A program made the translations under genes and the position numbers. 64,000 nucleotides of DNA from Chlorobiaceae bacterium (GTDB lineage Bacteria; Bacteroidota; Chlorobiia; Chlorobiales; Chlorobiaceae): assembly GCA_013334525.1 (NCBI GenBank), contig JAAXXK010000009.1, positions 6,624 through 70,623 of the forward strand, read 5' to 3'. Under the pieces are notes generated by a model. That model was not told the origin of the DNA, searched no databases, and was given only the letters and a program-made list of their open reading frames with translations. Below, in pieces: positions 55,285-64,000 of this stretch. Every line of letters begins with the position of its first letter. Positions within the stretch are counted from its first letter, which is position 1.

Positions 55285-55651
55285 GGTGCTGTAATGGCTG
55301 ATTTGTTTATTGGCATACCTGACCCGGCCTTGAGGGGACGCCCACTCGCGTAATCAGATCACAGCAATTGCCCTCTTTTGGTCGTCAAAAGAGATCTCTC
55401 TGTGGGACTCAGCTGTGAATCATGCTCTAAAAGGAGGAATTGAAATCATTAACAGTAAATATAGCAAGATTTTCCCTCCGTCGTTGACCGGGCGGCAGAG
55501 ATAAGTGCACGCGGCCCGGTTCACCAGCTAAAACCATGACCGTTTTACACGCATACCGGCCACAGAAAGCATCGCGGTTCAATCATTGCTATCTCCCTTC
55601 ATTCTTGCTATTATTCAATAATGATTCTCAATAACCCATCAACAATAGCTC

Positions 55652-56218
55652 ATGCTGAACAAACCTTTTCGAATTCTTGTCCTTCTCCTGGGACTCATTG
55701 CCGCATTTCTTCCCATAAGCGTCTCTGCCGCACCTGTACCTGACCCCCAAAACACGATCTATCTCGATCTTCCTGCTGGACGGGTCGTCATTCAGTTGCG
55801 CTCCGACCTGGCTCCCCGCCACGTGGCCCGCATCAAGGAGCTGACCAGAAAAGGTTTTTATGACGGCCTGCCGTTCCACCGTGTCATCCCCGGCTTCATG
55901 GCCCAGACCGGCGATCCTCTGGGCAACGGCACCGGCGGTTCCGGCCAGCACCTTAAAGCCGAATTTTCGCGCGAACGGCACGTACGCGGCACAGTCTCCA
56001 TGGCGCGCGCCCAGGATCCAGACAGCGGCGACAGCCAGTTTTTCATCTGCTTCGCCCCCTCTTCTTTCCTCGATGGCCAATACACGGTATGGGGACGCGT
56101 AGTATCCGGAATGGAATTTGTCGACAAGGTCAATGCCGGTACGGAATACAACAACGGCGAGGTTTCCAATCCCACGAAAATCGTGCGTATGCGACTTGCT
56201 TCTGACGTAAAACAGTAA
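55652..56218 (+). CDS. ppiA: periplasmic cyclophilin-type peptidyl-prolyl isomerase
   Basis: Signal peptide. FHRVIPGFMAQTGDP and SMARAQDPDSGDSQFFI. Confidence 0.9.
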   Translation: MLNKPFRILVLLLGLIAAFLPISVSAAPVPDPQNTIYLDLPAGRVVIQLRSDLAPRHVARIKELTRKGFYDGLPFHRVIPGFMAQTGDPLGNGTGGSGQHLKAEFSRERHVRGTVSMARAQDPDSGDSQFFICFAPSSFLDGQYTVWGRVVSGMEFVDKVNAGTEYNNGEVSNPTKIVRMRLASDVKQ

Positions 56219-56509
56219 GCCAGGGAAACACAGGCAAGAGAGCTGAAAACAGGTATCGCCAGGATTGCAGCTTTCGACACCTGGCGTATAACCGCGAAAT
56301 TTCACTCGGACTCTCGACCATGTGTCTTCAGTGTGAAATAATGCGCGTTTTAACCGCCGGAGAGCTTCTTGACCAAAAGAGTCGATTGAGCAGTTGTAAA
56401 TCGTGATTATTTCCCTGACCTTTGGATAGATGAAGTGGGCAGGCTTCAGATTATGAATTCGCGTCGATGGCCCTGCCCGGTTGTTGGCGCTATTTCAGGG
56501 GAGATTTTA

Positions 56510-56731
56510 ATGGACAAGATCAAGGTCAATGCAAGGTATGACAAATGTGATGACAAGGAGGGATGGCTGATCAAGATCTTCAGCCCTGAGGGCGAGGTGA
56601 TTGACGATTCCCGCAAGCCAGGGTTCCCGATCGATGTGGAATCGTTTGGTGAAGATGATCCTGAGGATATTTACGAGGCATTACGGGAAGAGTATCCCGA
56701 TGCAGTAATCAAGGTAAACGGAGTCGCCTGA
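56510..56731 (+). CDS. small acidic hypothetical protein (73 aa)
   Basis: GGGGAG SD 7 nt upstream of ATG at 56510. The track ORF starts earlier, at 56435. Confidence 0.5.
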   Translation: MDKIKVNARYDKCDDKEGWLIKIFSPEGEVIDDSRKPGFPIDVESFGEDDPEDIYEALREEYPDAVIKVNGVA

Positions 56732-56986
56732 AAACCAGGTCGGGCAATCGAAAGTCCAGGAGTGGTCATTTGTCTTGAGACGTGGACATCTCGTATCCCC
56801 CGCTGATGAGCGGCAATTCGAAGCTGTTTTTGTCTACGGGCATTTTGACCATGGCTGAACCAGGGAGCGCAATAAATCCTCTGCGAAATCGATTCGACAA
56901 CGGAACCGGGGGCTTGACGAGATCGGTGAAGAAAGCCGTGCCATATATGCTCTTCATTGAAGCCTTACGGCGATCCATCAATACAG

Positions 56987-57038
56987 CAAAGCAAAAAGGC
57001 TGTCTCACAGGAAATGATGAGGCAGCCTTTTTGCTTTG
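56987..57038 (+). terminator. very long (21-bp) hairpin with A5/T5 shoulders
   Basis: caaagcaaaaaggctgtctca / tgaggcagcctttttgctttg. It has one G-U pair on the plus-strand RNA but a C-A mismatch on the minus strand. About 255 nt downstream of the nearest plus-strand stop. Confidence 0.6.
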
Positions 57039-57295
57039 TCTGATGCCCCTGGCTCCCGGCGCTGGAGATTGCACTGGCATTGAAAAGGAGCCTTTTTGGG
57101 ACGGTCCCCATCAATTATCGGTCACTATTCCACATCGACAGGCGGATTCACCGGTAAAGGTGTATTTCGAATCCGTGCGTATCGGAGTTTGATAGGGACG
57201 TTTTTTGGGATGTTATAATTATTGTGTTAGTTAAAACAGAGACGAACCTCGTCGAAGTCACCACGCCTACACCATTACGGAGACCGAACATACCC

Positions 57296-58684
57296 ATGCC
57301 TACTGTCCGTCAACCCGCCGTCGCCGGCTCCTTTTATCCAGCATCAAGAGAGGCGCTTGTCCGGGATCTGGGCCAGCTGCTGAGCCAGGCGATCGAACCG
57401 GATGAAAACTCGCCCTGCCCAAAAGCGCTCATCGTGCCTCATGCCGGATACATCTATTCCGGCAAGACCGCTGCTGCCGGCTACGCATCGCTTCGCCGCT
57501 GCGCCTCCACCATCACGCGGGTGATACTGCTTGGCCCCGTGCACCGTGTCACGGTGCAGGGACTCGCCCTGCCGGACGCGCAGGCATTTATGACCCCGCT
57601 GGGCTCCATCGAGATCGATCAGGAGGCCATCAAATCGCTTGCCGGCATGGCGCAAGTCTCGGTAAACGGCGAGGCGCACCTGGCAGAGCACTCGCTCGAA
57701 GTGCAGCTCCCCTTCCTGCAAACCCTGCTCGGCCCTTTCAAACTGGTACCGCTCGCCGTCGGTACCGCCAGCAACGGCCAGGTTGCCGAGGTGCTCGAAC
57801 GTTTATGGGGGGGGCCTGAAACGCTCATCGTCATCAGTTCCGACCTCTCGCACTTCAAACCCTACGAACAGGCATCCCGGATCGATCGTGAAACCGTTCA
57901 ACGCATCCTCACCGGTGTGCCGCTCTACACCTATGAACAGGCTTGCGGGGCCACCCCGATCAACGGCATGTTGCTGGCGGCCAAAATGCACGGTCTGACG
58001 GCTCATCTGGTGGAGCTGTGTAACTCAGGAGACACGGCAGGCAATCGCCAACAGGTCGTCGGCTACGCTGCCTTCACCTTCACCGAATCGCTCAAGGCAT
58101 CGAACAGCTCAGGCGACGATGACTCCAAACGTGGAGAGATCCTGCTCTCCATCGCCCGTGCAGCCATCTCGAAAGCCCTGGGCCAGCCGTGCTCTGAAGC
58201 AGACCAGTCAGCCGAGTGGCTCAAGGAGCCCGGCGCCGTGTTCGTCACCCTGCAGAAACAGGGCAAGCTTCGTGGTTGCGTCGGCTCGTTCGAACCATTC
58301 CGACCGCTCCTGCTCGACGTCCAGGCAAACGCGCAGGCTTCCGCCCTGCGGGATTCCCGCTTCAAGCCCCTTACCCTTGCCGAATGGCCTGATGTGCAGA
58401 TCGAACTCTCCCTCCTTGGCCCAAAACAGCAAATCGTTTTCACCTCGCAGGCCGATGCGCTCGGTCAACTGCAGGGCGGCGTGGACGGAATCATCTTCGA
58501 ATTCAACCAACACCGCAGCACCTTCCTTCCCCAGGTATGGGAGCAGCTCCCCGATCCACGCCAATTCATGGCCCATCTCAAACTCAAGGCCGGACTGCCC
58601 CAGGATTTCTGGTCTGATGCGATCCGCCTCTACCGCTACCATGTCCGGAAGTGGAGTGAAATAAAACGGACGGGAGGAGTGTGA
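57296..58684 (+). CDS. AmmeMemoRadiSam system fusion: MEMO1-like protein B (N-terminal) + AMMECR1 protein A (C-terminal)
   Basis: N-terminal half: PAVAGSFYP, LIVPHAGYIYSG, EHSLEVQLPFLQ, ISSDLSH. C-terminal half: GAVFVTLQKQGKLRGCVGS and PRF.PL. The Met at 57296 is preferred over the TTG at 57224. Confidence 0.8.
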   Translation: MPTVRQPAVAGSFYPASREALVRDLGQLLSQAIEPDENSPCPKALIVPHAGYIYSGKTAAAGYASLRRCASTITRVILLGPVHRVTVQGLALPDAQAFMTPLGSIEIDQEAIKSLAGMAQVSVNGEAHLAEHSLEVQLPFLQTLLGPFKLVPLAVGTASNGQVAEVLERLWGGPETLIVISSDLSHFKPYEQASRIDRETVQRILTGVPLYTYEQACGATPINGMLLAAKMHGLTAHLVELCNSGDTAGNRQQVVGYAAFTFTESLKASNSSGDDDSKRGEILLSIARAAISKALGQPCSEADQSAEWLKEPGAVFVTLQKQGKLRGCVGSFEPFRPLLLDVQANAQASALRDSRFKPLTLAEWPDVQIELSLLGPKQQIVFTSQADALGQLQGGVDGIIFEFNQHRSTFLPQVWEQLPDPRQFMAHLKLKAGLPQDFWSDAIRLYRYHVRKWSEIKRTGGV

Positions 58685-59763
58685 TGGGCGATTACACGGC
58701 ACGATACTGGCACGCAGCAGAAAACGGTCGCCTGCAATGCGATCTCTGTCCGCGGAAGTGTACGTTGAGCAACGGCCAGCATGGCGTGTGTCTGGTCAGG
58801 ATGCGCAAGGATGACCGGATGATCCTCACCACCTACGGACGCGTCTCTTCAGCATGCGTCGACCCTATTGAAAAAAAGCCGCTGTACCACTTCTATCCGG
58901 GAAGCGGCATCCTCTCCATTGGCACCATCGGATGCAACCTGACCTGCCGGTTCTGCCAGAACTCCAGCATCAGCAGGGCGAGCGACCTGAAGCTGCTGCA
59001 ACCGGAAGCCGGGCCGGAGATCGTCGCACAAACTGCCCGAAAGCTCGGTTGCAAGAGTGTCGCCTTCACCTATAACGACCCGGTCGTCTTCGCCGAGTAC
59101 GCCATGGATGTGGCCGATGCCTGCCACGCGCTCGACATCCGTACCGTCGCCGTCACCGCCGGCTACATGTGCCGGGAGGCCCGCCGAGACTTCTACAGCC
59201 GCATGGACGCGGCCAACGTCGACCTGAAAGCCTTCAGCGACGAGTTCTACACAAAGCTTTCCGGCGTCCGCCTCCAGCCGGTGCTCGACACCCTGACCTA
59301 CCTGAAACACGAAACCGCCGTCTGGCTGGAGATCACCACGCTTTTGATTCCCGGCTGGAACGACTCCGATGATGAGCTCACCTCGATGGCGACCTGGATA
59401 CGACGCGAACTGGGTCCGGAGGTCCCCCTGCACTTTTCGGCCTTCTGGCCTACTTACAAGCTGACGGACGTGCCCCCAACGCCGGTTGAGACCCTGGTGC
59501 GTGCCAGGGATATAGCCCGGCGCTCCGGCCTGCACTATGTCTACATCGGCAACCTCCGCCATGCCGAAGGAGCCACCACCTCCTGTCCCACCTGCAATCT
59601 CCCGCTCATTGCCCGTGACGGCCACCAGATAAACCTCTACAAACTCAGTGCAACCGGCTCCTGCCCGCAATGCGCCACGGCGATTGCAGGGCACTTCGAT
59701 CCGTCGCCCGGCAACTTCAGCGGGCAAAGGCAGCCTCTCATATTCAACAAAGGCAACGGGTGA
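58684..59763 (+). CDS. AmmeMemoRadiSam system radical SAM enzyme
   Basis: CNLTCRFCQN radical-SAM motif, N-terminal LQCDLCPRKC and C-terminal CPTC...CPQC. The ATG overlaps the upstream TGA. Confidence 0.85.
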   Translation: MGDYTARYWHAAENGRLQCDLCPRKCTLSNGQHGVCLVRMRKDDRMILTTYGRVSSACVDPIEKKPLYHFYPGSGILSIGTIGCNLTCRFCQNSSISRASDLKLLQPEAGPEIVAQTARKLGCKSVAFTYNDPVVFAEYAMDVADACHALDIRTVAVTAGYMCREARRDFYSRMDAANVDLKAFSDEFYTKLSGVRLQPVLDTLTYLKHETAVWLEITTLLIPGWNDSDDELTSMATWIRRELGPEVPLHFSAFWPTYKLTDVPPTPVETLVRARDIARRSGLHYVYIGNLRHAEGATTSCPTCNLPLIARDGHQINLYKLSATGSCPQCATAIAGHFDPSPGNFSGQRQPLIFNKGNG

Positions 59764-60030
59764 GGTGCGCTTTTGAAGGGTTAGCCTAGTTCTGAAATAT
59801 CCCGGGCAGTTGCATCTATTCGAGATATGTTTTTTTGAACTTTACCCATAGCCGCATTATAACCGGGCCAATGGTTGCATGGTATGATCGGCCAGGCCAT
59901 TTGAGCGTGCCTGTGTCAAATGCCCCTGAGCCCCCCTATCCTGAATTGTTTTGTTACACTCCCCGGTAAACAATAATTTCAGAGATTGACGTCGTGCCTT
60001 CCAATAACAACAGGTCAAGGAGAACACATT

Positions 60031-60360
60031 ATGTCACGCATTCTTTCAGGAACCTTTTTGTGCGCAATGCTTTTCTCATCCGGCAACGCAATTGCCGCAT
60101 ACAATCCCGCCGCAGGCAAAGCTGTTTACGATGTCAGCTGCGCCACCTGCCATAAAACAGGCATGATGGGGGCTCCCAAAACGGGTGACAAAGCCTCATG
60201 GGCTCCGCGTCTGGCCCAGAAAATCGATGTGCTCGTCAGCCACTCAGACAAGGGATTCAGGGGTAAAAAAGGAATGATGCCAGCAAAAGGCGGCAATGCG
60301 AAATTGACTACGGCCGAGGTCGGCAATGCCGTTGCCTATATGGTTTCCCTGTCCAAATAA
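60031..60360 (+). CDS. cycA: cytochrome c-555 (c5 family), soluble periplasmic
   Basis: AAGKAVYDVSCATCHKTGMMGAPKTGDKASWAPR...GMMPAKGGNAKLTTAEVGNAVAYMVSLSK is nearly collinear with remembered Chlorobium c-555. AAGGAG SD before ATG at 60031. Confidence 0.8.
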   Translation: MSRILSGTFLCAMLFSSGNAIAAYNPAAGKAVYDVSCATCHKTGMMGAPKTGDKASWAPRLAQKIDVLVSHSDKGFRGKKGMMPAKGGNAKLTTAEVGNAVAYMVSLSK

Positions 60361-60516
60361 GGAAAGTCCGCGACCTCGAAACCCTTGTTGAGTGCTTCCT
60401 GATAGCCAAGCAGCCATGCAATGGCCAGGAGGATTTGCCCTCGCCGGATGATTGAATGAAAGCGTTCGGGAAACGGGGCGCTGTAAAGAAAAGAGCGGGT
60501 CAACCCGAAAATCAAC

Positions 60517-60560
60517 CATCGAAGAACGGCTTCAGCAAAGGCGCTCTTCGATGCTTTTTA
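60517..60560 (+). terminator. candidate terminator downstream of cycA
   Basis: catcgaaga / tcttcgatg 9-bp stem with a 19-nt loop, followed by cttttta. Confidence 0.45.
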
Positions 60561-60620
60561 TTGTTGCTCCCGCCATTGTGGAATCCCTTGCCACTGCCAT
60601 GGTGTCGGGCGCTTCAGGCT

Positions 60621-61037
60621 TCAGCCCTCATCGATCTGCATGAGGATTTCCCGCAACGAACCGGCCGCAATCAACTTATCCTCATTGGTGGCCGAGTTGT
60701 AAAAACTGATGATCGCCCTGCCGCCGATGCCGATCGGAGGATACTCTTTTTGGGCAAGGGTCGGCATGACGGCAAGAAACCTTGCCCCGGCCTCCCTGCT
60801 CATCCCGTTGATCCTGCATATGACATCTTCCACGATACCGGCAGAGGCCTCCTCGTGCAGTCCGGCGACATAAGCGGCACTCTGGACTGCGCCGTACTGA
60901 AAGCCGACCACCGCGTAGGCGATATCGCTGTTCATGCTGTTTTCCAATCCTGCCGGGCATTGACCGATCGCCTCTACCAGGAACTGGACGGATAATTTCG
61001 TTACGGCCTCGACGTTCTCTTCATGACTTTTATGCAT
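60621..61037 (-). CDS. hypothetical protein
   Basis: 138-aa ORF. The overlapping plus-strand ORF (60456..60995) is R/P-rich and looks non-coding. Confidence 0.5.
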   Translation of the reverse strand: MHKSHEENVEAVTKLSVQFLVEAIGQCPAGLENSMNSDIAYAVVGFQYGAVQSAAYVAGLHEEASAGIVEDVICRINGMSREAGARFLAVMPTLAQKEYPPIGIGGRAIISFYNSATNEDKLIAAGSLREILMQIDEG

Positions 61038-61269
61038 AAGCCTTGATGTTTGTTTACCTGTTGCTGTAACCTTGGCTGAAAGCGCGTCGACCGGTCTCCA
61101 ACGATCGCTTCGAATGCCTGTGTACGATGAACCGGCATGAAATAAGCAGGTGTGTTCTCGACTCCCCGCATTTGCGGGAGGCGCGAATCCTGTCGTGCAA
61201 ATCTAACATCGGGGGAATCAAAAACAAGGCGATCCGGTTATCTATTGAATCACCATTCCATGACAGGAG

Positions 61270-61809
61270 TTGGTGCAGACTCGGGAAGCCCGACATCGTA
61301 AATTGATGATAAATCCCCGTGAACATTTAAACATAGAAGACGCCATGCAGGACGTAAAGGTAAAGTTGATCGAAGATGCCGGAAAGAAGTTTTCGAAGTT
61401 CAGGGAGCTTACCGCACAGGAGGGAGAGGAGAAGGCATGGGAAACCATGCTGGAAGGATTCCCTGAGTTGCAGAAGCAGCGCATGGGTCCACTGCTCGCC
61501 CTGCCGACCCTCATCGAAGGCTTCAGGCTCGCCATCCCGACTTTCAACGCCATCGGCATGGAGATGGAGGCCATAGACATTTCGAACAACGGTATCGACG
61601 CCGCGCTCGAAATCCAGAAGGTCTGCCCATACCTTGAAGTAAGCAGGGATTACGGGTTCGATACCCCCTGTCATGTGATCTGCGAACTGGATATGGAGGC
61701 CTCACACCGGGCATTTCCGGAAATGAAGGGTGAAATCCTCTGCCGTCAGGCCCTTGGCAGCCCCGTCTGTATCTTCAAATACGAACGCCCGGCGAAGCAG
61801 CAATCATAA
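61270..61809 (+). CDS. hypothetical Cys-containing protein (start uncertain; Met at 61345 is plausible)
   Basis: Motifs KVCPYLEV, DTPCHVICELD and GSPVCIFKY. I cannot place the family with confidence. Confidence 0.5.
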   Translation: MVQTREARHRKLMINPREHLNIEDAMQDVKVKLIEDAGKKFSKFRELTAQEGEEKAWETMLEGFPELQKQRMGPLLALPTLIEGFRLAIPTFNAIGMEMEAIDISNNGIDAALEIQKVCPYLEVSRDYGFDTPCHVICELDMEASHRAFPEMKGEILCRQALGSPVCIFKYERPAKQQS

Positions 61810-62004
61810 ACCGGAACACGTTTCCTGATCCTATGTGAGTTCAGGGTTTTCAACGCCTTGCATGAAACCGCCGGAACAGCTGGTTTTATGCCACGTAGTG
61901 AACGCGCTTGATTAACGGATGTATAAGATGCACAAGCGGATTGACAGACAAGAGCGGATAATAAGGCATTCCCATTCAACGCCATCGACGAACACAGAAC
62001 CGGC

Positions 62005-62871
62005 ATGAAAAAATTAGCTTTCATCAAGCGCACCAACGACAGCCATTGGGTCGGAGACGGATTCCCTGTCAGAACCATCTTCTCATACAACGATATCGCC
62101 TCGGAGCTGTCTCCCTTTCTGCTTCTCGACTACGCCGGCCCCGCCACTTTCCCGCCGACCTCAAACAAACTCGGCGTCCCCCAGCACCCTCATCGCGGCT
62201 TCGAAACCGTGACTATCGTCTATGAGGGAGGTGTTTCGCACCGTGACTCGCGTGGGGGCGGCGGTACTATCGGACCTGGCGACGTGCAGTGGATGACGGC
62301 AGCATCCGGCCTGGTCCATGAGGAGTACCACAGCCCGGAATTCGCGGCAAAAGGAGGTGCTTTCGAGATGATTCAGCTCTGGGTTAACCTGCCGTCAAGG
62401 GACAAGATGGCCGCCCCCCGCTACCAGGCCATCACGGCCGACCGGATACCGGAAGTCGCGTTACCCGACGGGGCAGGTACGCTACGGGTAATCGCCGGCC
62501 AATACGGGGAAGCTACAGGAGCAGCCGGCACCTTCACCCCGATGAATGTCTGGGACCTTCGCCTTAAAGCCGGCCGCCGCATGTCGTTTGAAATGACATC
62601 CGGCCATACGGCAGCTCTTTTTGTGCTGCATGGAGCGATCCGCCCAGGCGATAACCATACGATTCGAGCTGCTGAACTTGCGGTCATGGAGCCTGAAGGA
62701 ACTCGCCTCGAGTTTTATGTCGACCAGGACGCAAGGCTGCTCCTGCTCAGCGGGGAGCCTTTCAACGAGCCTATCGTCGGCTATGGTCCTTTTGTCATGA
62801 ATTCACAGGAACAGATCGACCGGGCGATAGATGACTACAACAGCGGTCATTTCGGACAGATCGTCCATTGA
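62005..62871 (+). CDS. pirin family protein
   Basis: PQHPHRGFETVTIVYEG metal-binding motif, with a bicupin length of about 288 aa. Confidence 0.85.
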   Translation: MKKLAFIKRTNDSHWVGDGFPVRTIFSYNDIASELSPFLLLDYAGPATFPPTSNKLGVPQHPHRGFETVTIVYEGGVSHRDSRGGGGTIGPGDVQWMTAASGLVHEEYHSPEFAAKGGAFEMIQLWVNLPSRDKMAAPRYQAITADRIPEVALPDGAGTLRVIAGQYGEATGAAGTFTPMNVWDLRLKAGRRMSFEMTSGHTAALFVLHGAIRPGDNHTIRAAELAVMEPEGTRLEFYVDQDARLLLLSGEPFNEPIVGYGPFVMNSQEQIDRAIDDYNSGHFGQIVH

Positions 62872-62970
62872 ATTTTGCCGTGTGGTTCAATGCTGTCTCA
62901 AGACACAGCACACCCACTGACTCTTCGCAATTGCTTTACCCAAACCAGGCAAAGAACTCCTCGTGTGAGG

Positions 62971-64000
62971 TCACGCCCGCTTGGGTATCCGACCGTTCCA
63001 GCATCGAAGAGGCTCTTTTTCGATCATGATCGCGCAATAGTTGCACATGGTGCATCGAGAGGCCTCCTGACGACCCTCCTGGTACCTGTTCACGATGGAG
63101 GGCTCGATGATAAAGGGGCGCGACATCGACACGAAATCTGCGGTTCCGTCTTCGATAACCCTTGAGGCATCCTCAAGGGTATGGATGCCTCCGACGACCG
63201 ACACAGGGATCGAAACGGCTTTCCTGATCAGCCTGGCTGCATCAATGTTGTATAAACGATAAGGTTTCGGGCTCGCAGGAGTTAACAGCGGCAGTATACG
63301 GGCAACCCCCGGCTTAAACAGCCCAGGTACGGCGTCAAGCTTAAAATTGGCGGCCAGCAGCGCATCGGTCGGAATCCGTGGTCCCCGCATGATCGCAAGT
63401 CCTTCAGCGATCGTACCAGATGAGATCTCCACGCCTGCACACCCTGCGGCCTCAAGCATCTTTGCAACCCTCACGGCCTCATCCGGCCGCATCCCGGCCG
63501 CGCATGCCGTCGTAACCGTTCATCTTAACCAGCACGGGGTAATCGCCGAGCCTCCCGCGAATCCCCTGCATGATCTCGGAAACGATCCGGAAGCGGTTTT
63601 CTAGAGAGCCTCCCCAGCGGTCCAGCCTGCGGTTGGAGTAGCCTGAGAGGAACTTCGCCAGGAGGTACCCATGCGCCAGATGAAGCTGAACCCCATCGAA
63701 CCCCGCAGCCTTTGCCCGCTGAGCAGCACTGACAAAAGCATCGATGATCTCCCTGATCCCCTTCTCTGTCAACTCCAGGGGCACCTCCTCGCTGTAAAAA
63801 CGATCCTTTATCGGCGATGGCGCAACCGTCCTCATGCCGGTGGCCACCGAACGCGTCTGGCTGCCGCAATGGGCAAGCTGCATGATCAACGCCGCACCCT
63901 CGCGATGCACCGCATCGACAAGTTTCCGGTAAGCGGGCACCAGCCGGTCGTCATGCATCATCAGCATCCCTGGGAAACAGCTTTTACCCTGTTGCAGCAC
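62971..64000 (-). pseudogene. Old-Yellow-Enzyme-family NADH:flavin oxidoreductase, frame-disrupted; 5' end outside the window
   Basis: Frame A (63479..64000) reads ...LAHCGSQT...FDGVQLHLAHGYLLAKFLS...VKMNGYDGMRGRDAAG*. Frame B (62971..63492) continues MRPDEAVRVAKMLEAAGCAGVEISSGT... through the rest of the TIM barrel to CTMCNYC. The junction lies in a GC run at about 63493-63500. Confidence 0.7.

Noticed and set aside
55628-56305. 225-aa minus-strand ORF
   Set aside because: It is antisense to the clearly recognisable cyclophilin gene (FHRVIPGFMAQTGDP) and has no motif of its own.
56766-57192. Track ORFs 56766..57080 (-) and 56782..57192 (+)
   Set aside because: Both read straight through the 21-bp hairpin, lack an SD and have odd composition. 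I treat the region as non-coding.
58849-59727. 292-aa minus-strand ORF
   Set aside because: It is antisense to the radical-SAM gene. It is Gly/Arg/Val-rich, typical of a GC-biased shadow frame.
1-64000. Search for CRISPR arrays, tRNA/rRNA genes, transposases, integrases and prophage or defence-island hallmarks
   Set aside because: I found no regularly spaced direct repeats and no tRNA T-arm/acceptor pattern (GGTTCGAATCC-like). There are no DDE, tyrosine- or serine-recombinase motifs, and no restriction-modification, Cas, Abi or toxin-antitoxin signatures. RecBCD is the only DNA-processing system, and it looks canonical.

Overview
The window reads as chromosomal DNA from a green sulfur bacterium (Chlorobiaceae-like). 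The main support is a BciA-type divinyl reductase and a cytochrome c-555, judged from remembered sequences and not searched. About 65 protein genes are supportable, and most have ordinary housekeeping calls: lipA, recBCD, purT, pepD, cfa, an AarC-like CoA-transferase, pirin and a cyclophilin. I found no rRNA, tRNA, CRISPR array, transposase or integrase. The standout is the minus-strand block at 8168-16264. It encodes a Cyc2-like fused monohaem cytochrome-porin. Downstream lie a second, atypical Rieske/cytochrome b module with a split b6-like cytochrome b, a 6-TM subunit-IV-like protein and an embedded 2[4Fe-4S] ferredoxin. These are followed by a membrane-anchored coiled-coil octahaem, a lipoprotein monohaem c and a type-1 copper protein. 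I read this as a candidate conduit from the outer membrane to the quinone pool, for Fe(II) oxidation or electron uptake. Next to it (2909-7717) is an envelope redox operon of TlpA, a DUF4266-like lipoprotein, a DUF3570-like barrel, ApbE and DsbD. The barrel protein carries two exact ApbE flavinylation motifs, and the ApbE has no signal peptide. Other notable items: an orphan hcp inside a degraded accessory islet (36.9-41.6 kb); a fused AmmeMemoRadiSam system; a 12-bp palindrome repeated identically in two promoter regions; and three frame disruptions, two clear and one ambiguous, that may be pseudogenes or sequence errors. All family assignments come from motifs read by eye, because no searches could be run.
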